Part shown: one piece after another, positions 27,855 through 41,300 of the stretch
Position numbering within the stretch: the first letter of the stretch is position 1
Layout of the letters: each line of letters starts with the position of its first letter
Assembly (NCBI GenBank): GCA_043228905.1
Contig: JBHGNT010000010.1
Coordinates: 19,406,001-19,470,000 of the forward strand
Source of the DNA: Azolla caroliniana
Taxonomy: Eukaryota > Plantae > Polypodiophyta
Direction of reading: 5' to 3'
Length of the DNA stretch: 64,000 bases
Translations under genes and position numbers: made by a program
The notes under the pieces: model-generated
Databases searched by the model: none
What the model was told of the DNA's origin: nothing
What the model saw: the letters and a program-made list of their open reading frames with translations, nothing else

Positions 27855-28137
27855 ACGCAGAAGATAATATACGCACGCACGCGCGCAGGAATGCGTGGGA
27901 TAGTATTTGTTAATTTTTCGTTAAAACAAAAATAAAAATAAAAAAAATAAAAGCTCTCCATCCTCTCGGGATTTTTTTTTGAGCTCCATTATTTCTTCGT
28001 TCAAGTTTCTTCTTCTTCTTCTTCTTCGTCTGATTCTCTTCTTTCTTTCCTCTTCCCAAAATACCCCTCCCAAGTCCCAACAACAAACATTCTCCTAATC
28101 CACACACACTCTCTCTCTTTTCTCGTAAGTACCTTAC

Positions 28138-28202
28138 TTAACCCTAGTGGTAAGTTGTTAACACTACAGGCACTGCATCGTGGGTTCAAAACCCAATCTC
28201 CT
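28138..28202 (+). mobile_element. Degenerate tRNA-like/SINE head
   Basis: Box-A-like TAACCCTAGTGGTAAG and a T-arm hairpin TGGG-TTCAAAA-CCCA at 28181-28195. No intact cloverleaf. Confidence 0.4.
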
Positions 28203-28259
28203 CACCTCTCTATTATATACTTCATATACTCTTTCTTATATTAATTCACTAGATGCCAC

Positions 28260-28332
28260 TGTGGAATGTAGGGGTTGAACCCATGACCACCTGGTCTCCA
28301 TTGGGCAACCTTACCAACTGAGCTACATCCAT
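28260..28332 (-). pseudogene. tRNA pseudogene or tRNA-derived SINE head
   Basis: Minus strand reads GGATG-TAGCTCAGTTGG-TAAG...GGTC-ATGGGTTCAACCCCTA-CATTCCA: clear box A and box B and a partial acceptor stem, but the anticodon arm does not pair. Confidence 0.65.
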
Positions 28333-31250
28333 CTGGGCTCTCTTTCTCTCTATCCTAGGAGCTTATGGGTTCGTGTCACCCCGAAGCTTATTTATATTCG
28401 GTCTTAGAAGAAGACGTTAGATTACTATATCTGTCTTTCTCGACTGTGAGTAACGTGATGGTGCGGGCCTGCACCCGAGCTTACCTATCCTTCTCACCCG
28501 CCCACACCCGAAAGACCAACGATGGAAACCATTCTTGAATCATGACCCCATCATGCTCGTTTTCCTCCCTCCTATCGATGCTTCTAGGGAAATAACATTT
28601 GTTGTTACGAGTTAAAAACCTCATTAAGCAACTCTACGGCTGCTTTTAAATGGTTTTCTAAGGGTGGGACAAGTGGGGAACCCTTGAGGCAAACATGTAA
28701 GGACATGGGACAAGTGGCGATCTAGGAGCATAAAAGAGCTCAACTATGAAAAGTGGACTTCGTGACCCTTTTGATATGTCATCTCAAAGATGATGTTTGG
28801 GGTCAACTCATAAGACCACACCATGACATATGCCACTTGTATTTTTTGTGAAAAAACATCGAGACCGGTGGCAACCTTAAGATAAGTCGTTAGAGCTCAT
28901 GAAACTTGATAGCTATATTTCATTTGTAGCAAAATCATTCTATGATAATCAAATAACTTATTCTCTAAAGACCCTATGATAGTCGACAATATTATCGGAA
29001 CATATTTGTTTTGTTTAGTGAACTACGTTGTTGAATAGAAACATATTTTTATTGTGTTGGCCACATCTCTTAGATTGATCAAGAATCAAATATTCATTCC
29101 AAATGTTGGCAAATGATATTTATATTGCAAGTTCATATTTTGTGAATAATACAACATTAAGTATACAACATAATGTATCGCATTGCCAATTGTTCCAATT
29201 AATAGCAAGGTGATCAACTTTATAAACAAAACTCAAAAAACCATAAACTATAACATCATATAAATATGACTCGACATGAATAATTCTAGTTATTAAAAAC
29301 AACTGATTTTGTCTAGCATAAACATTTTTAGAATAGTCTATGATAGGTGATTGTTAGACCTAATAGAATTTGAAGTTATGCTAGGGGTTAAGTTACATAT
29401 AAGATACAATATGATAGTGATCCTTTCTCCCTTCCATTTCTAAAGATCGCTTTTGAAGATCAATGCAACAAGCTATGGTGAGGTCATAGGTTTTGGATTG
29501 ATCCATCATGATGGGCTTCACACCGTTTGCTTTTGATAAGAGGAATGCACAATATTCACGTAGTAGCTAAAATATACTTTTTGAAATAGACTATGCTAAA
29601 TAGATATTGTTAGGCCATAGGAAATGAGAATAAAGTGTGTGCGTCCATACACACATGTATATTTTTATACATATATATGTATAATAGTTATTGTATTGGT
29701 AACCTATATACTAGCTGGAATAAGTAAAGTTTTCAAATTGGTGAATACTTATTGTCAAAAAGAGATTTGAGGACAACCATAAGACAAATGGTTGTGTGTA
29801 GCATGCTTAACTATTCCAATAAAATTATTTCAACCATTGGGGTTTGGAAAATGAAATTTTGTAATGGTGCCTTTTAGGCTAATTTTTTTGTAATGCATGA
29901 AAAACATATATGCCCAATACTTGAACACATAAGTAGCCTTAAGATCACAAAGCTCACACTTTATCACTACATCATGAAAAATAAATTACGTATATTTTAT
30001 CTTTCCTAATGTTATGATTTAGCGCACTAGATTGAATTGGTTAAGATGTCAAAAGTTTTCAAATGGGATGCATAAAGCTGATGCTTCACAACATGCTTTA
30101 ATGCATGTTGTTTGTTCTACTTTACATTGGCAGGTACGTGGATGAAAAATGGCAATTTCACGTAAATAACAAGATGACAAGTATTAGGTACCATATATGG
30201 CGTAGTTGTACAATCGTTTTCAGTTTATTAAAATTTTGGAAATGCAACATGTAAGATATAGTTTGCATCTTATTATATATCATTAAACATGTCTACATGA
30301 AGGAAACAATGATAAAATCACTCATTCTTAAAATAAAAGTCAACTGGTTAATAGAAAATAGAGAAGCAACATGATGCGGAAATTGTTTGTTGCGTGCTTT
30401 AATTCTTATATTTCCCGCAAGATATTAATAGATCTCAAATTTTTGTAATTGAATTTCACATCTCATGTGAAAAACAAAGATGTGGGGATTGAAATAGCTC
30501 TTGTAAATAAGTATCGCGTGTAGGTGTCAATCTTGTCGTTAGGCTATTTAAAGTAAAATTTGCAATGATGTTTTCTTGACACCACATGGTCACAAACTTT
30601 AGATATATGTTAAAAGTATAACATGAAATTCGTACCAATGAGTGGAATCAAAATGTAAAATACTAAACCACGACACGTGTAACCAATAAATAAGATTTAC
30701 TGTGAGCCTTTGTTCGTTGGGCGCATTTTCTAAAGGTATATTAAAAAAACATAGCTTCATTGCATTACAAACAAGTTTAGAATATGTTTTTTGCCATCAA
30801 TCGGTGGACATTGATTTCAAAAGCTAAGTAAAATATTGGTTTCAGTGCATTATAAGCATATTAGATGGATTGCACATTTATATGTGGATCGCCAAACTAA
30901 TAACTAAGAGAATTGGTTCCCAATCATATACAAAAAAACTATTCCATGTATGAGAACATGTTTGTTTTCGAGAATAGTTTGATAATTTGTGAATGGAAAA
31001 AAACTCAAAGATTGATTGGAATTGTTCAATTTTAACTCGTATAAATTATGATATACATATTACATTGTTTAAAAGAGGTATGAACCAAACAATTGTATGC
31101 CAAGAAAGTAGATACATCATTTGAGACATAATTTGAATCAAATCGGTGTTGAGATAATTATGATTAATTGTGGGAATAAGTATGTGCACATTTTGATGGT
31201 TATATCCATTTATTAATACATGTATATGCATATGTTTAGTGGATTGATGG

Positions 31251-31296
31251 AATAATCAAGTAATCAATAGATGAATAATCAAGTAATCAATAGATG
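31251..31296. repeat. 23-bp tandem duplication
   Basis: AATAATCAAGTAATCAATAGATG twice in tandem. Confidence 0.9.
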
Positions 31297-31359
31297 TTAA
31301 ATGTTATTGGTATTGTCTTGGGAGTTATGTATGTCAATGGCAGCTTATGAGTAGTTCAA

Positions 31360-32200
31360 AAGAAAGAAATGACTGAGATTTTATGCAATCTCAAGGCTTG
31401 GCCCAAGAAGAAAGATCTTCGAGACTTATTTTCTGGTTTGTTGATTATATCAAAAGAAATTATGGCAACATGGCTTATATGGAATTTTGCCCTTCGAGCA
31501 ATAGAAGAAGGATAAGAAGTGAAATCTGAAAACAGGGTTTGGAACATGATCTTGCAACCACTAATATGCTAAATGATATGTATGTAGAATCCCATTTCTT
31601 CTTATGAGATGGATGGAGTCATTGAAACAGGCGGGGGGGAGGGTATGCTCTTATGTATGCATTTAGAAGAGGTCCATTTCTTCTTATGTGATGGATGGTG
31701 TTGTTGTTCTTCAAATATTGCATTCAAGATGTGATTTTCATGTTCGAACACATCTGAGTTAAAAGAAAGGAAAAGAAATCCATATTGCCATCGCTCAGCT
31801 AAGTATCAACTTGAATATGCTCACTAGAAGCATTGTTGATTTGTATGCAACATGTGGAAGTTTATCAGATGCATATAAATTGTTCGATGGGTTGAGATCC
31901 CTTAAGGTGGGTGTTGATCACATGGCTTTACATGAAGGCATGTTCATACATGTTGGAATCATGGATCGAGGCATACAAAATGACCTCTATACCATAATGC
32001 TTTGCTTCAATTTTCCGTTGAATATGGAAAATAGAGGATGCTTGGTCATCGTAAATGTGGTGGTATATTGGATGCATGTGATGACCCAAAGGTGGTATTT
32101 GGATATGTTGAATATGAACATGACGAGGAAGATTGATTTGGTTTGAACATATGCAAATTCATGGTATGTTTAAACCATTGAGGAAATGCTTAATCAAGTC
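31360..32200 (+). pseudogene. Decayed PLS-PPR gene fragment
   Basis: SIVDLYATCGSLSDAYKLFDGL closely matches the S motif TLVDLYATCGCLAEARQLFDEL of the intact PPR. Surrounding frames are broken; boundaries approximate. Confidence 0.65.
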
Positions 32201-32983
32201 TATCAAACGAAGGATTCATGGCTAGCTATTGTCTTACACAAGACGGGTTGGGGAAGGATAATCACTTCCTTTCCATCATTTTGTATTTTGTAGCTAATAT
32301 GCTTTTTAAAACTAATGGAAGGATATGTTTTCTTTAAATAAAAAAAATTGAACAGAAATCAAATACTGCAATAATTAATGATTTAAAACGTGGCTCATTA
32401 GTGAATGAAGTGATCAAGGATGGGAAGGAAATGCTTAGTGATGGATGTGGAGTGAATGGTTGTATTCATCATATGATCGAAAAGTCAATTAGCAATCCAA
32501 TGGCTTGATAGAATGGTCGTATTGACGGTGGTGGGGAGTAGTTATCCACCACAAGACTTGATAGGTAATCAGTGATTGATTAGAATTAAGATTAAGATGA
32601 TAACATGTTATGAGGCCTTATACATTAACTTTATCCATAGACTATTGTTAGGAAGTGAAGAAGAAGCTCTAATGAGTACGAAAAGTCGATTGTCAAAATG
32701 ATTGTCTCTTCCTTGGTGTGTCTTGATTGTTTTTTGTCCTTGACCATACACATTCTCCTTCAATACTAATGCCAAGGTGATGTCCTTGGAAATGCATGAG
32801 CAACATAATGCACTAGGGATACTTAACACATGCATACACCATATATTATTTAATCTATTCCATAATATAGAACTCTATACATAGTTCTTTATATAAGGGA
32901 GATCCCATAGAAGTGGTCAACTTTTTCAAGTATCATGGCATTGCCATGCCAACCACCACCAAATCGGGACCATGACAACAAAT

Positions 32984-33228
32984 GTAAGTCAATAGTTTGC
33001 AAGTCATTTGCAAGTCATTTGCAATCGGGACCATGACAACAAATGTAAGTCAATAGTCCATTCATCATTTGCAAGTCAATAGTTTCATCATTGTAAGGAT
33101 TTAGTAAGTCAATAGTTTGCAAGTCATTTGCAAGTCATTTGCAATCGGGACCATGACAACAAATGTAAGTCAATAGTCCATTCATCATTTGCAAGTCAAT
33201 AGTTTCATCATTGTAAGGATTTAGTAAG
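32984..33228. repeat. Exact 120-bp tandem duplication built from mosaic sub-repeats
   Basis: 32984-33108 is repeated at 33104-33228. Sub-units AAGTCATTTGC, AAGTCAATAGT and AATCGGGACCATGACAACAAATGT (the last in three copies from 32962). Confidence 0.95.
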
Positions 33229-35384
33229 ACACACTTCAAAATATTTTTTCCTTAAATCTCTTTATGCTATGGAGGTTAAAATGACTCCTACAATCTTGAT
33301 GCAACATCTGAATAAATATTTTTGAATGACAATTGAGATACTAAAGTTGACAATAGAGTTAGATGCAAGGCAAAGCACAATTACATCATTGCTCCCCAAA
33401 ATATATTATGCCATGCCGTACAAGATATATCAATGACAAGCCTTTATGTAAAACTAGATCAATTCCTTGAATTTGCTTGTAGCAATTATCCAATGGATAT
33501 ATAAGGTCATTACATTCTAATGAACATAAAATTATGAATTGACAATAATTTTATGGCTTACATCCCTTGTGCATGGGATCTTGCATAACTTGAGCTTCAT
33601 GTGCATGAGGTAATATTGAACCTAGACAATCCATTTTGTTGCAAGTTCACATAAATATACATTGACCCTTAGATCTTCCCAAGCCTTAGCGTAGCATCTG
33701 AGAACTACCTTTCCATTGAATATTACCTTATTTTACACCAAAGAAGTTAGGACGAACATAACCCAAACAAGAAAGCTTTGCCTCACAAATAGCCTATACA
33801 TCTCAAGTCACCATAGCGAGAAGGGCAACTAGTCCCCTTTAAATAGCCTAAGTTCTTGGGCTACCAAACCAACATGTTGTTGCATAATTCTCACAGCACA
33901 ACATGTTCCCGCGAATCACAGGTCCTTATAAATTCTTCTCTATAAATTAGTCTTTGCATTCTAGATATACAATTATGATATCCTCTTCTCTATAAATTGG
34001 TCCATCCACTTTTTCCTTATACCACGACACCAATGAATACTCATAAACACATCAATTAACCACTCGAGATTTATTACTCATTTCCTTACTTTACCTAACA
34101 TTACCTCTTTATATGATGCTGTGCACAAAAATATGAACACTTCTCTCATTATTTTATCCTTCTATAAAACCACACATGAGATCCAACTCATTCCAACTAA
34201 CACGTAAATCATGTATGCATCATCATCTCCATATTTAAATTTAGAATTCGAATCACATAACCTCATAAATACTTAAGTTGAACAGAGGATATCTAATATA
34301 TATAAGTAAGTTTATTACATAACCTCACAAGTACATAGTTGATTGGAATATCTCTAATATACATGAAATGTGGTAATTTCTCAGTTTGCTAGTGTTGTTT
34401 ACATTCCCTGCACAAAAATACTAAATTCGATGTTTTACGCATTTACACAATACATGTATAAAGACAAATAATGCTACCATGCTTGCCTTTAGCATGTACT
34501 GCATTGTTTACAATCTCTAATGGTTGTAGAAATACATATGTCTAATGAGCATGTCATGATGCAAATCTGAACTTCAACAGTGATATGTGAGAAAGTATGA
34601 ACATGTCTTCATTCAAATCTGTCTTTCCTGTTATTATCAATGTTTCTATAACAGCTCTTCCTTAATAAAGTGAAACCCTAAACATCAGATGTAAGCATCA
34701 TTCTCTTCTCTCTCTTTTTGTTTTCTTCCTGCATCTTACCATTGTCTTCCAACTTCTGCCAAACCACCCATGATCAAAAACTCAACATGCATAGGAGGAA
34801 AATGAGAATTCTTGTGTGCCCACACTCTACATTATCTTTTCTTTTCATGATAGCGCACCTAAAACATGTTTTGCTGTATGCAATGAGTTGTTTAATTGGA
34901 TTCTAAGAGCTGCAATTGCTTATTTGATTTGTGGAAAATACTAAATTACTGTTAATATTTATGAATTAAAATAATTGTTTGGGAAATCCAATTTAAAATT
35001 GCAAATCATGCAAGACTTGCAAAAGCTCATGTCTAGTCCAAAACATGAGCAATGGAAATAGAAATGTCCTTAAGCTGATCTTCTGGTGCAAATAGAAAAA
35101 ACATAAACATTGGATTCTCATCAAGCTGCCTGAGCCTTGGGGAGCTCTAATCTCTACAAATTATGGTTACTACTTAACTTGGGTTCCAAACATTCGACAC
35201 ATTCTAAAATGATCCCACCATTATGAGAAGTGTGCATGCACATGGTAAATAATCACAAATTAAAACTCTGTTCAAAAGCATACACAAGATTCTTCTCTTT
35301 AATAGCAGAACAGAAAAAAACTTCTAGAAAACAAAGGAATAATAATACCCCAAATATTAGACTGAATTTCCACTCTTGTTTTTT

Positions 35385-38300
35385 TCACTTCATAGAACAG
35401 CCATGCTTGTGGAATGTAACTACGCTTTTTCGCCACTCTTTTGCAGGCACCTGGAGTCATATTGCCCAAATAATGCATTAATTATAGAACAGAAAATCTA
35501 CAACATAAAGTAGTGACCATACAACATACTGCTGGAAATCCGGCATAATCTCCTGGCTCAGTAATGCTGCGAGTAACCCCACTCTTTGCTGCAATTCGAA
35601 CCTGTGACAAAAATGTATTTTGTTTATGTTCCTTAACATGCACTTTATTTCAGATCCTTAACATCGATTTTGTTTCAGCTCTTCACATTTTACTTAAAAC
35701 TCTAATAAAATGCATTCTGCATATATTGAAAATGAATACTTTAGAAGCTATAGAAACATGATCAGCAACACCAGCTTTTCCAGCCAAAACCACGTAATCA
35801 CCAATTCTGCATGAATCATTAGCATGAAGCTCAGTGCTTCAAATGGATTAGTAAAATATAAACTATAGAAAAAAAATAGTACAGGCAACTAACGTGGCAG
35901 AGCCTCCAATTCCAGCTTGTCCACAAATCATGCAAGAATGCCCAATAACCACATTATGTCCAATCTGAATTAGGAATGTGAAGTTAGTTTGCATACTTCT
36001 ATGTTTTTAAACCTCTATAAACATTGAACCTGAACTTGATTGTCAATTTTTGTATTGTCGCCAATGCTTGTAGCTCGCCAACTACAGTAAATCAAAATTG
36101 AATCATTACAGAGTAATTATAATTGGTGCTCTACAGAAACTGGCAATAAAAGACAACCCCAAATATTTTGTTTCTAACATAAGTTATGGATGTTATACAT
36201 GCAACATGTCTTTCCTTACCTTCCCCTATCAATACAGGAATTGGCACCTACCTCCACATTATCCCCAATCTTCACTTCAAGTATCTGTATTCAACCATCT
36301 GATTATGATAAGAGCTAATGAATCCCAGTACAAACTATAAAGACAGATCTCAGCCAATCTTGTTATTATAATAAACGGTCATGGATCCTAATATTAAACA
36401 GTAAAGATAGACCTGAGGTTTTTTTACCATCTTTCCTTCCTCATCTACATAGAAACCAAATCCTGTCACATGGGAAATCTTGTTTTCTTATCATAGAGTG
36501 TTTATACCCTAGTTATAACCAATATTTTTATAATCACAAACTCGATAATTACCAAATGATAGTGCATACTGCAGTTAGTAGAACCCATTACCTTCTGGTC
36601 TCCATTCAAGTCGAAGGAATTTAAAATGTGTGCATGCAAGCAAATATCTAAATATATGCATGTATGGATGAGAGAGAGGGTGAGACATAGCGGCATATGC
36701 AAAGCACTAGAAGAGGATTTAAACCCACCATCTTGGCCAATGCAAACGCCATTGTGAATAACACAGTGGTCACCAATAGAACAATTTTGTAATGACACAT
36801 TGTACCTATCAGAAAGTATTTCCATGTCAAATTTAGCAAGACACTTCGAAAATATAGTTTAAAATCATTTGCACTCCACAGTTTTCTTCCTAGTTAACTG
36901 CTAACGAACTTATAGTTTGAATATAAAGATATAGCATTCAGTATGATGTGGGGCTCTCCAAAATCATGTGTTTTACATGAAACAGTAGGTAAATAATACA
37001 TAAAAATGATGATCCTAAACAAATATATGTTTTGATTACTTCATCAGATTTATTAGAAAGACAGCTACTCCCAGCATGCAAATAATCCTTTTGCAATGTG
37101 TTTCCCCATGCATTCCTATGAGCATACAAATAATATGTTTGCAGCGTGCGTTATGCATTCCATTTAAATCATGTACTTTCCATATGTTTAGCAGTGCTTC
37201 TCTGGATGCAATCTGTTTTAAGTTCCAATAAGTTTTTGAAAACATGGAATTGAAGGATAAAAGAGTGAAGGCTACATTTTCTCATATAATCAAAAACCAA
37301 TTTCTAACAAAGATGTAACACTGCAGAAAAGCAAAACTGAAATTTTTGTATCAGCCAACTAACTTGGTAGGTTGGGTTTGGATGTCATATCAGCCAAATG
37401 TAACAAATATTGCTCTTTATTTCCTTGTAAGAATCGTTATAACATTCTCCTGTTTCAACAATCTATCCATTCTGGGTCACTCTATAACAGATATCTTTGG
37501 ACCTCATCAATTACATTGATTTTGTCTCCTCAATCAGGTTTCTTATATTCGCATTAGTTCATATAATATTGATATAATTCTGGCAACTTTACTTGGATAG
37601 TTTGTTTCTTAACCTTTGATTATTTACTTGCTTAACATTATAGCTAGTTGTACCAAGGACTTATATATCTTGACCTACATCTATATATTACAACCATTCA
37701 CATCAAGATACATCTTGGCAAACTTCAACTTCAGGCAAGCAAGCCCACATTAGCATGCGCTGGATACCTATAGGATGTGTTGGGTTCTTGCTTTGAATCC
37801 CAAAAAGCTCAACCACTTTGGGTTGTAAGAGTATTTTTAGACGGGTAAAAAACCTCCTATAGAGGGAAAAAATGCCCCTGTAGTCCTAAGTGTGTTCACA
37901 CACATTATTGTCTTAAGTGTGTTCACACACATCACTGTCCTAAGTGTGTTCACACATTATTGTCCTAAATGTGTTCACACACATCACTACCAAAATATGT
38001 CAACAGGATGTATCCACAATTCAGTCTGATTAGATCAAATTTCTATATCATCGTTCTAACTATTAGATGCCTTAGCTCTTCCTTGAAATAATATTTATAT
38101 TTTCCTTTTCCAATTTACATACTCTTATAAATTCATTGACACCAAAGTTATTCTATCCAAAACAAAATTGTTTTAGAAGAAATTTCAATAATTTTACCCA
38201 ATATTTGAATTAGAACCAATAATGATGTGAGGTCCCAAGACAGACCCTGAGCCAATGTGTGAATCAGCACCCACTCGAACATGTGCATGGACCACAGCAC

Positions 38301-41300
38301 CGATCTCCACAATGGATGATGGATCAACATTTGCAAGTCTATGAACCCATCCTCCGCCATTTACCCAGTTCAAATATTTTGGACCTTGTTCCACACAGAC
38401 AAAATCCAATTAGCCAATGCTTGAATCTTGTACCCAAAAACACATATAATATATGACAGGAAAAAGTCCTCCATTTACTTTTGATGATATGACACCCCCC
38501 ATATTGTATGACTCTAATATCTCCAATAAATTGCATGATGCACAATCAGTACTACGTTATTTTTATCATAGAACCGTTGGATGAAGCAGCCATAAAAGGG
38601 GACCAAAGTTTGTCTTTGTTCATTACAGATTATAGTACTCTGTAGTTAAGTCTAGCCTATCACATATACAAAATTTAAAACTGTGATGCTCATACAACTT
38701 CCATCTTTTTTCATGACCTTCATCCATGATACATTTAATTGCCTATTATCCCAGAATTCTTTGACATGCCTACAATATATGTATCACAAAGTGCTTTGGT
38801 TATAGTCTTCTTTCTGCACAATCACATACTTGAAATTTGCTTTTCAGCTCATAAGACAACAACGTTTTTAATCAAATTTGCGTAAAGAGCCAATAGCATT
38901 TCCTTTTTGGTAGGTCTCTATGCAAATTGTACTCAAGACTTGCCTCTCTGTATAATTGATTTGCGGTAACTATGATTTTTTTCTCTCAGAAAATAATATT
39001 GAATGTAAGTGCAATGAAGTTGTCACATTTGACATCATTTCCCTAGTCTCAAATGCTTGAAATGTAGTGAAGTTTCTACTATTAAACAATATAATTAGGA
39101 AACCTACAACAAATATGCTTTTCTAATCTAACCTAAATTGTCCACTTCATCATCAAGATGTTATGGATGGTTTCTGATACCTTCTACAGAGGCTTCAGTG
39201 GTTAATTTGGAGTGGAAGGAGCATTGCACTCCTTTGCGAACAAGGATATTATACCTGCAAAAACTCAGAATGACGATGACATAACCAGAAAAAGAAGTAA
39301 TAACCCTCCTCCAAGGGTGTTACAACATACATACCAGGATACCTTTGCGCAAATTTGCCGGGTATTCAACAAAGAGGCCATGAAAAGAGTTGGTCCTATG
39401 GAAGAGAACCTGATAAAAACTCCTCTCTCTCTCTCTCTCTCAAAGTTTTCCTATCTAAAAGAAGGGCACTCGATTGTGAGAAAATATACTTAGATGATGA
39501 TCTCACTCCAGCCCAAGTGGCACACTGCAAAGAAAACATGCCACGAGTGCTTGATGCAAGAGGAAGTAAAATGGGCTGTATATAGAGATGGTAAGGTCAT
39601 TATTACAAAAAAGAGAACCGTATGACATTATATGGCACTAGAGGAGTGGCTGTGTTATACAAAAAGGAGCTCCATGATAGAGTGCATGTTGTGTATAAGG
39701 ACGTGGATGCACCTTACATGTGGATACGAATCAAAAGAGGGGATCTTAGGGAGCTATATATTGCAATTTGCTACTTTCCACCTGCCTACTCAAGGTTTGC
39801 ACCCACCATATCTACCATTATATGATATCATAAAATTTGCTACTATGGGGGACATAATACTATTAGGGGACTTTAATGCATAAACTAAGGATGAACAAAC
39901 AACTATGTTTGACACCAAAGAGACTGTTTATGGCAGAAGCGACAAGCTCAAGATATGAGTGCTATAACTGAATATGGCACATGGATTGGTGATATACAAT
40001 ACATTGTCACAATGGCCTGGATCGGATGCTTTGACATGTTGGAACCCAAAAGGAGGTGCAAGCACAGTTAATTATCTAATGGGATCTCCATCTCTTATAA
40101 CTGAAATAAACGAGTTCACTATATTGGGTAGACCTATTGGCTTGGCAGCAGATCATGCATATCTACACTTCGAGGTAAAGGTTGGATGCACAAGGGATGT
40201 ATATGCTAAGGAGAGTCGACCGGCTAAGCATCAATTTACTCGCGCGACAATTTATGTTTATAGTTGTGGAGTGTACAATGGCATGCTAGATTTGGATCCT
40301 TTTGCACACCTTGATGAGGTTACCCAAGGGTTGTCAAAATCATTGCATAAAGCCGCCACAAGTGCCTTTCCCCACACAACGGCCAATCCCCCCACACTTG
40401 GTAGAGTACTACAAAATAGTTGGTAAGATGAGGAATGTTGTGATACAAGGAGATGCTTGCAGCATGGAGTAACTCAAGGCATTTATACACACAAACAAGC
40501 GAGAGCAACCTTCCAACACCTCGTAAGGAAGAAGAAGAGATTGTATTTAGCTAAATTTGAAGATCATTTGTATCACTTGTTTCTAGGACAGGAACGTAAA
40601 AGTGCATGGAAAATGTTTAATGAGAGGCAACCTACCACACAAGTGACCTTTGACATTGTGCCACGTTCTTGACTTATGCAACAGCTAGAAGCCCTTGGTG
40701 TTCATACAAATATGCAATGGGGAATCTATGCACTCTATGAATCCATGTCAGGAAAAGTGCAATCTTCCAAGGGTTTGTCAGGGGTTGTGGTTGGCAAAAT
40801 CAGAGTGAAGCAAGGATGCCCACTATCACCTGTTGAGAATGTTTAAAAGTTATAACGGCTAGCCCAACAGCTAGTTATTTCCAACAGCTAGTTAGCCCAA
40901 CAGCTATATCTTGGTCTTTATAAAGAGGAACTTTCTCCTCATGTAAAAATAAGCGATCTCTGTATTTTCTCCCTCCAGTTGTAACATACCAATGTATATT
41001 ACTGAACAGATGTGCCTTCTCATTTTTCTTTATGGTATCAGAGCATAGATCCGCCCCTCTGCAAAACCCTAGATCCACCTTTCTGCTGGTATGACAGCGT
41101 TTGGAACAGCACTGTCCTAGCATCCAAGAGAGGAAAGGGGGATTTTTTTTCATTTGGGATGACATTGCTATGTGATTGAGAGGTGACTTGAGAAAAGAAG
41201 TCAGAAGAGGAGAGCAGAGATAGGCCAAGTTGAGAAGATGGATGAGGTGTTCTCAAAATTGAACGAGGATGAGGTGAAAACATTGTTGAAATACATGAAG

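Noticed and set aside
27671-27913. 80-aa poly-Glu ORF
   Set aside because: Translation of the (GAA)n tract antisense to the LAZ1 5'UTR.
32962-33228. CRISPR-like repeat-spacer pattern
   Set aside because: Eukaryotic context, the spacers are themselves duplicated, and there are no cas genes.
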